Source: a virus
Virus record (IMG/VR): IMGVR_UViG_3300029464_000056
Location: 1-6,774 of that record
Length of the DNA: 6,774 bases
Strand: one strand, 5' to 3'
Below the pieces are notes generated by a model. That model did no database searches. It had not been told where the DNA came from and saw nothing but the letters and a program-made list of their open reading frames with translations. Every line of letters begins with the position of its first letter. Within the stretch, counting starts at the first letter, position 1. Below, in pieces: positions 1 through 4,900 of the stretch. The position numbers were made by a program, and so were the translations under genes.

Positions 1-89
1 GTTTATACCATTGATATTCATGTTCCCAAGAAACGGGAGACGTAATCATAGATGAAATGATAACAACACTAGGCAAAAACAGACAAAGA
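1..89. repeat. Terminal direct repeat, copy A (identical to 6686..6774); the overlap of a circular sequence
   Basis: I compared the two copies base by base and found 89/89 identity. The copy starts at window base 1, and its partner ends at the last window base. Confidence 0.93.
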
Positions 90-158
90 AACTCATCAAT
101 TTTGCCATACTTAACAACATACTGAACACCGTTAACTTCGACGATGAAACAACGAAAA

Positions 159-374
159 TTATTTTTCACCATAGGGCTTAAAATTTTTAGAACGGACAAA
201 GCCGTTATGTTTAACAATTGTGGTATCTACTGATACAATAGTAGTGCGACCACTAGCAACTACATTGTGTGACGTACTGCATGATGTCATTGTGGATACA
301 CCAAAATAAGCAGCTATCAATCCGAGCGCATACAGCGCTACTTTGATGATAATTTTAATGATTTCCTTTTTCAT
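159..374 (-). CDS. Small (71 aa) membrane-anchored or secreted accessory protein with a weak lipoprotein-like signal; function unknown
   Basis: The ATG is at 374..372 and the TAA at 161..159. The product is MKKEIIKIIIKVALYALGLIAAYFGVSTMTSCSTSHNVV... It has a basic N-region, then a hydrophobic stretch of ~15-20 residues, then Cys32, then a 40-aa polar, beta-rich tail. The track's longer version (start 410) begins at a TTG that lies inside the predicted promoter, so I prefer ATG 374. Confidence 0.6.
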   Translation of the reverse strand: MKKEIIKIIIKVALYALGLIAAYFGVSTMTSCSTSHNVVASGRTTIVSVDTTIVKHNGFVRSKNFKPYGEK

Positions 375-378
375 GGTG

Positions 379-411
379 CAAAGATAAAGAAAAAGGTTTG
401 GAACTACCAAA
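379..411 (-). promoter_or_regulatory. Bacteroidota-type promoter (-33 TTTG, 21-nt spacer, -7 TATCTTTG)
   Basis: The minus strand reads atatTTTGgtagttccaaacctttttcttTATCTTTGcaccATG. TTTG is at 411..408 and TAnnTTTG at 386..379. The motif ends 4 nt before the ATG, which implies a leaderless or nearly leaderless mRNA. Confidence 0.55.
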
Positions 412-447
412 TATGTTAACGTTTTTTAGGATAATAGTTACAGGGAA

Positions 448-487
448 CAAAAGTGCAGTAATTAGGGAATATGTATTCCCACTTTTG
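448..487. repeat. Nested inverted repeat / bulged stem-loop
   Basis: The outer 7-bp stem pairs CAAAAGT (448..454) with ACTTTTG (481..487). The inner element is the palindrome GGGAATA-tg-TATTCCC (465..480). The 10 nt at 455..464 form a one-sided bulge. Confidence 0.6.
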
Positions 488-510
488 CCTACCTAGAACA
501 AGAGAGTAGG

Positions 511-528
511 AATTTTCGGGAGAAAATT
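511..528. repeat. Short stem-loop (7-bp stem, GGGA tetraloop)
   Basis: AATTTTC (511..517) pairs with GAAAATT (522..528), and the loop is 518..521. The stem is AT-rich, so its predicted stability is modest. Confidence 0.4.
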
Positions 529-627
529 TTCATAAAAAGGTAGTTACTAATGAGTTATAAACTTTACCGCGCAAAGCTAAGGTTTTTCTAACAGACAAAC
601 CGGAATCATGTAACTGTTTAGTTAAAT

Positions 628-660
628 TGTGTACGTACGTATAAAATGCGCACGCACACA
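628..660. repeat. Imperfect inverted repeat built from alternating purine-pyrimidine tracts
   Basis: TGTGTACGTACG (628..639) faces CGCACGCACACA (649..660) across the 9-nt spacer tataaaatg. Ten of 12 positions are complementary. The two exceptions are A-C on the plus strand but G-T wobbles on the minus (virion-sense) strand. Confidence 0.6.
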
Positions 661-864
661 AAAACAAAACAGATACATTAATATAATAGAATAAATTTTT
701 ATTATTTCATAAAAAAATATAGATTTTTACGGAAGGTATTTTAGGTTGAATGAGAATTATCTAAAACGTGTTTGCATTATTAAACGTACAATTAACAGAT
801 ATTTAACTCAAATATTTGGTAATGTCTAAGAAAAATAGTAGAAGAATGGATAAAAGTTGAAAAG

Positions 865-904
865 TACTAAAAATAAGGGCGCAAGGGAATTAACCTTTGC
901 GCCC
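865..904 (-). terminator. Rho-independent terminator ending the long minus-strand operon
   Basis: The minus strand reads GGGCGCAAAGG-ttaatt-CCCTTGCGCCC (904..877). This is an 11-position stem with one A-C mismatch and a GC-rich 8-bp base. It is followed by TTATTTTTAGTA (876..865) and starts 6 nt after the VP2 stop codon. Confidence 0.75.
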
Positions 905-910
905 AATTTG

Positions 911-2368
911 TTATTTATAGCCAGTAGGACTATAATTAGGGTTTTCACGATACGCATCAAGCCAAGATTTACCGCTAGGCGGTGGTGTAGGTTCACCACC
1001 TGGAGAAGAACCTTTGTTAAACTTAGGCTTAGGGGTAAAGTTACTAATACCGTCAGTAACGTTCTTGAACATACGTGTAACAGATTCACCGCGCTCAAAG
1101 ATTTTATCAGTATCATAGCTATCAACACGCTTATTAGTAAGGGACGTTTCGGACTTATACATACCGCTAAGTGAGCGTATCAAATCAGGCTCCTGCATCA
1201 ACTTATTTAAAGACCACTCATTTTGCTGAATATTCAAGTCAAGCAAATGCTTATAAGGTGACTGGCGCAAAATACTCTCAGCCTTACCAAGGGGCATTTT
1301 ACCGAGCATAAAATCAGTATAATAGCGCTGCATATCATTTGACATGTGTTGACCCGAAGTCAAAGCACCATAATAGCCACCTAACTGTTTAAGATAACTA
1401 GCATTGGCATTAGCAGTAGTTAAAGCAGCACGACCTTGCATCAAAGCAGCTTGACCTTGAACAGTTGCAGCATGGGCAAACGTCTGCTGAATAGATAACC
1501 ATTTACCATAATTTTCAGTCTGCGTAAGTGTATATTTACCAGCAGCAATATCACGAAACGCAGATGCATAGAAAGACATGGTTTGTGCAACATTCTTCTC
1601 AACTTCTTGCGGCATAACATTGTAAAGGCTAAATGCTTTCAAACGGGCATCATACATAGCATCGAAACCACGCCAATTTTCCAATTCAGCATTAAATTGT
1701 TCCTGTAACAATCTGTTTTGATAGGTATCCTGAGCAAACTTATATGTCATTTTTTGCATATCAGTTTGAGATTCCATAAGACCTTTCTGAGCCATATTAA
1801 CACCCTCAATAGACTTATTAACATTTTCTTGCGATTTCTGCAAAGAAACAGACGCATCAACAGAACGAGTAGTGTTATAAGCAGCAAGACCATGAGTAGC
1901 AGAATCACCAACAAATGAGTAATCGGTAGGCATCATTTGAGCAGATTCAGCAGCAGTAGCAGCAGAACCACTACCAACGTTACCACTAGCAGAAACGTCA
2001 CCGAGAAGAGCGTTAAGACCAGCTGCACGCATATCGTTAGCCTTAGCGGAAGACGTACCAAACATTCGATACATCAGTTCTTGCCAATCACGATTCTTTT
2101 TTGCTTCTTCTGCATTAAAGCGGTTTTGTTCTTGCATGATTTTATAATTCATTTGGTTAGTTTTATTGGTATTGTGTTTACCAAAAAGACCACCAAGCAA
2201 TGAACTAGCAACACCAAGAGCACCGCCAACGAGAGCACCAGGAACACCACCAACGGCTGCACCAGTACCAGCACCAGCACCAGCAGAACCAAGAGCGGTA
2301 CACTTTTTTAAACAAAAAGGAGCACCGCCAAAAGCGGCAGTACTCCTTAAAATTATATTAGACAACAT
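911..2368 (-). CDS. VP2: DNA pilot / minor capsid protein VP2 (phiX H-like), 485 aa from ATG 2368
   Basis: The protein has an N-terminal Gly/Ala-rich hydrophobic segment (GSAGAGAGTGAAVGGVPGALVGGALGVASSLLGGLFG). This is followed by the conserved microvirus VP2 block ...NRDWQELMYRMFGTSSAKANDMRAAGLNALLG, then a long Q/N/A-rich helical region. The track start at 2374 is a TTG, and the ATG two codons downstream is more likely. The stop is TAA at 913..911. Confidence 0.85.
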   Translation of the reverse strand: MLSNIILRSTAAFGGAPFCLKKCTALGSAGAGAGTGAAVGGVPGALVGGALGVASSLLGGLFGKHNTNKTNQMNYKIMQEQNRFNAEEAKKNRDWQELMYRMFGTSSAKANDMRAAGLNALLGDVSASGNVGSGSAATAAESAQMMPTDYSFVGDSATHGLAAYNTTRSVDASVSLQKSQENVNKSIEGVNMAQKGLMESQTDMQKMTYKFAQDTYQNRLLQEQFNAELENWRGFDAMYDARLKAFSLYNVMPQEVEKNVAQTMSFYASAFRDIAAGKYTLTQTENYGKWLSIQQTFAHAATVQGQAALMQGRAALTTANANASYLKQLGGYYGALTSGQHMSNDMQRYYTDFMLGKMPLGKAESILRQSPYKHLLDLNIQQNEWSLNKLMQEPDLIRSLSGMYKSETSLTNKRVDSYDTDKIFERGESVTRMFKNVTDGISNFTPKPKFNKGSSPGGEPTPPPSGKSWLDAYRENPNYSPTGYK

Positions 2369-2376
2369 AGGCAAAA

Positions 2377-2826
2377 CTACTTAAAAATTTCCAACAGACG
2401 TGACTGAAACTCTTTATTTTCATTCTCAAGTCTATCTTTTTCTTCTTTCTCTTTAGCAGCGGCAGCAGCCTTATCACGAACCTCTTTATCCTTAATAGCA
2501 AGTTCTTTAAGATAAGACATTTTTTCGCTAGCAGTCTGAACATAACGGGAAGGACAAGAGTTGATTAACTCATCATCAGTCAAAGAGCCGAAAGCCTCCT
2601 CAAATTGAGCACGGAAATTAGAGTTATCAATCATAGGCTGCAAAGATTCCTTAACTTCTCGCAAAGTTTGCGCATCAACACGCATACTATCTATGCGCTG
2701 CAACAAAGAAACGTCAGTGTGAAAAGACGTACGCAAAGGGTTATTCTTATCATCAACAGATGTTACCTCATGTTGTACCTCCTCATAAACGGGAGGTACA
2801 TAAACTACTTTATTTTTAGCTTTCAT
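2377..2826 (-). CDS. Putative internal scaffolding protein (VP3-like) / hypothetical acidic protein, 149 aa from ATG 2826
   Basis: The gene sits between VP1 and VP2 in the same operon, with gaps of 17 nt and 8 nt. It has the size typical of microvirus scaffolding proteins and a highly charged coiled-coil-like C-terminus (KDKEVRDKAAAAAKEKEEKDRLENENKEFQSRLLEIFK). The call rests on position, size and composition, not on a motif I recognise. The track start at 2832 is a TTG. Confidence 0.45.
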   Translation of the reverse strand: MKAKNKVVYVPPVYEEVQHEVTSVDDKNNPLRTSFHTDVSLLQRIDSMRVDAQTLREVKESLQPMIDNSNFRAQFEEAFGSLTDDELINSCPSRYVQTASEKMSYLKELAIKDKEVRDKAAAAAKEKEEKDRLENENKEFQSRLLEIFK

Positions 2827-2843
2827 AATCAAAAAATTTTAAA

Positions 2844-4895
2844 TTAATTTGAATAAGGCAAACCGTACATGCTAAATGGACGGACTGCAACACAAGTATT
2901 AACACTACCAATAAGCAACTTATCATCATTTACAGTACCCGACCACTGATTTACAAAAATAGGATAAAGTAATGAAGGACGACATTTAAATAAATCATTA
3001 ACACCGGCATACTTAACAAGAACACCCAAACCGAGGTTACGACGCCAAGCGGCCAAGAACACAGAATCATAACCAGTAACCCAAGAAGAATAGGTTCCAC
3101 AAAAACCACCTTCGAAATAATCACGAGCACTCTTTAATTCTGCATAACGAGGAGCATAACCATAAGTAACAGCCATATCAAGATTTCCACTATAAGTATC
3201 AACAGGGAGAACTTTAGGACACAAACCAATCAAAGGAGCACTTAATTCACAACGATATTGTGTTTGCATACCAATCGAATCTAATTCCGGAATAGGAAAA
3301 TCAGTAGCGTCAGTCTTAAACAAATTACGATCAATACCAACGTGCGAATAATCTAACTGAGGAATAGCACGGTAAATTCCGATAATCATACCATAGGTAG
3401 ATGCAGTGAACTTACAACCAGCAGACAAATCACCAACACCAATAGCCTTAATATCGGGTTGACCACCATCAAGAAAGTTAGTATTTACTTGGGGGTTAAT
3501 ACTCAAAGTTTTATCATCACCACCAATAAAAATTGATGTGCGAGAATCAACTGTAGGCTTAATACCAAAGTGTGCTAAGACTTGATTAGCAAAATCAGGG
3601 TCATTACTATTCTGAATCTCCTTATACTTCTGCAAAGCAGTAGCAGAACGAAGAGCAGAAACCTTTAAACCCGATGCAGTAACAGAAAGGTCACCATGAA
3701 GACCGACAAGCTTAGCACCAGTTACATAAGAAACAGGTGTAGAAGCGTAAGATTTACCGTCAAAAGAAGTAGGCGGTGTATTTGGCCTTTGAACGTTGTC
3801 ATTAGAATTAAATGAACCGTTATCAAAAAGAAAGCCTTTAGACTTATCTATAGGGTCTAATGTTTTAAGAACTGCATCAGCATTATTGAGACCAACAGGT
3901 ACAACAGATTCGTCACCATATTGAGCACGAGGCAAGACGGAAGTGAAGTAATCAATAGGAAGATTAGAATTTTCCAAATCAATAATAGAAGTCATCAGAG
4001 AATTAAACGCGGTGTTACTAATAAAAGAAGCAGCGTTCATATTGTCAGAAGGCGAAACATAATCTATATTACAAGTCCAAGGCTCAAAAGGCTGCCATTT
4101 CTCATTGCGATAATGGTCATTGCATATCTTATGATAAGCCAAAAGCGGGAAAAGGGACAAATTAGGACTGTTAACAACTTTAGAAGATTCAAACTTAGTC
4201 AAACGTAATCCGAAATCACTAGCTTTAAAAGGATTAAGAGACCAAGAACCTTTTGAAGCTACATAGGCTTCTGCAAGGGCGTAGATATCATATTGAATAA
4301 CAGAAGTAAAGTTGCCATAACCCAAAGACATTAAAAGTTTGGCAGCACGACACAAACGATAACCATCACAAACGAAGACACTATCAAAATCAGATGAACC
4401 AACACAGAAATTCTTAAAACCTACCGCAGAACGATCTTTAGGAGTAAAAGTAAAATACTCATCAATAGCATTACAAGCAATATCATAAATATTCTGCAAC
4501 CAACTAGCCAAATCGACATAAGAAATATAAGGCATAGATGTAGTAATCTTAGAAGATTCTGTAGAACTACTAGCAAACTTAGAAATATTCTGTCCCGCAT
4601 CACCCTTAGTCAAATTATTAACCTGCTGCTCAAAATACTTCCAAAGAGACTGGAAAGGTACAAAATAATACTGAATATTTTCACGGATACGAGTAAAAGC
4701 ATCAGTGTTAAGTGCAGCGGTACGAGTCTTACCATTGTAACCAATTTTAAACGTCTCATTAGGGTTAACCCACTGAGTAAACACAGGCAACAGTTCACCA
4801 ACTTGAGCAGTAAACATATGTCTATGAGACAAATCAAATGCATTTCTATTCACCTTATTTTTAAGGCGATGCATACCTAAAACCTTATTAGCCAT
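2844..4895 (-). CDS. VP1: Major capsid protein VP1 (Microviridae F-protein family), 683 aa
   Basis: The N-terminus RNAFDLSHRHMFTAQVGELLPVFTQWVNPNETFKI is the characteristic microvirus capsid signature (FDLSH...T...G.L.P, then P.(D/E)TF). The length is typical of the large-capsid microvirus lineages. It has an ATG start, a TAA stop and strong T-ending codon usage. Confidence 0.93.
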   Translation of the reverse strand: MANKVLGMHRLKNKVNRNAFDLSHRHMFTAQVGELLPVFTQWVNPNETFKIGYNGKTRTAALNTDAFTRIRENIQYYFVPFQSLWKYFEQQVNNLTKGDAGQNISKFASSSTESSKITTSMPYISYVDLASWLQNIYDIACNAIDEYFTFTPKDRSAVGFKNFCVGSSDFDSVFVCDGYRLCRAAKLLMSLGYGNFTSVIQYDIYALAEAYVASKGSWSLNPFKASDFGLRLTKFESSKVVNSPNLSLFPLLAYHKICNDHYRNEKWQPFEPWTCNIDYVSPSDNMNAASFISNTAFNSLMTSIIDLENSNLPIDYFTSVLPRAQYGDESVVPVGLNNADAVLKTLDPIDKSKGFLFDNGSFNSNDNVQRPNTPPTSFDGKSYASTPVSYVTGAKLVGLHGDLSVTASGLKVSALRSATALQKYKEIQNSNDPDFANQVLAHFGIKPTVDSRTSIFIGGDDKTLSINPQVNTNFLDGGQPDIKAIGVGDLSAGCKFTASTYGMIIGIYRAIPQLDYSHVGIDRNLFKTDATDFPIPELDSIGMQTQYRCELSAPLIGLCPKVLPVDTYSGNLDMAVTYGYAPRYAELKSARDYFEGGFCGTYSSWVTGYDSVFLAAWRRNLGLGVLVKYAGVNDLFKCRPSLLYPIFVNQWSGTVNDDKLLIGSVNTCVAVRPFSMYGLPYSN

Positions 4896-4900
4896 AAATA

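Noticed and set aside
11-18. TTGATATT, which matches part of the phiX174 origin core (CAACTTGATATTAATAAC).
   Set aside because: It lies on the window plus strand, which is the non-virion strand. It is only an 8-mer and lacks the rest of the origin sequence.
1-89. The 89-nt direct repeats interpreted as biological repeats (att sites, LTR-like ends or a duplication).
   Set aside because: Both copies are exactly flush with the window ends and are identical. The repeat falls in the intergenic gap between the small membrane-protein gene and ORF71. The parsimonious reading is that a circular genome was linearised with overlap.
375-410. The N-terminal extension of the small gene (track ORF 159..410, MVVPNLFLYLCT...).
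   Set aside because: The start at 410 is a TTG, and the extension would be translated from within the predicted -33/-7 promoter. ATG 374 gives a canonical signal-like N-terminus (MKKE...).
572-579. A second TAnnTTTG-like motif on the minus strand (TAGCTTTG).
   Set aside because: The nearest upstream TTTG is only 16 nt away, against the expected ~19-21 nt. No gene follows for ~200 nt. It may be a chance match or a weak upstream promoter, but it is not supportable from sequence alone.
677-684. The minus strand reads ATATTAAT, identical to the 8 nt immediately 3' of the phiX174 nick site.
   Set aside because: An AT-only 8-mer inside a very AT-rich block has a real chance of occurring at random, and the flanking phiX origin bases are not present. 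It is only a place to look if nick-site mapping is done.
799-815. A small AT-only hairpin: ATATTT-aactc-AAATAT.
   Set aside because: A 6-bp all-A/T stem is marginally stable and is expected by chance in AT-rich sequence.
412-864. A search of the non-coding region for a tRNA, a CRISPR array or small ORFs.
   Set aside because: I found no T-loop-like GTTCGA/GGTTC motif or cloverleaf, and no regularly spaced direct repeats. The longest ORFs are ~27 codons (plus strand, ATG 413) and 18 codons or fewer on the minus strand, with no supporting start context.
826-1128. A 100-aa minus-strand ORF overlapping the 3' end of VP2 and running through the terminator.
   Set aside because: It lies in the +1 frame of VP2. 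T-ending codon bias in VP2 removes stop codons from this frame and gives a Leu/Val/Ile-rich pseudo-protein. The ORF would also extend past the VP2 terminator hairpin.
2358-2543. A 61-aa minus-strand ORF inside the VP3-like gene.
   Set aside because: It is the same +1-frame artefact, with low-complexity Leu/Lys/Arg composition and no independent start context.
4421-4843. Two consecutive same-frame minus-strand ORFs (4421..4603, 60 aa; 4610..4843, 77 aa) inside VP1. Both are extremely Leu-rich.
   Set aside because: Both lie in the +1 frame of VP1, where the middle codon position is the T-rich third position of VP1 codons. Their composition (LLLLLK, LCLLLKLV and similar) is what that bias predicts.
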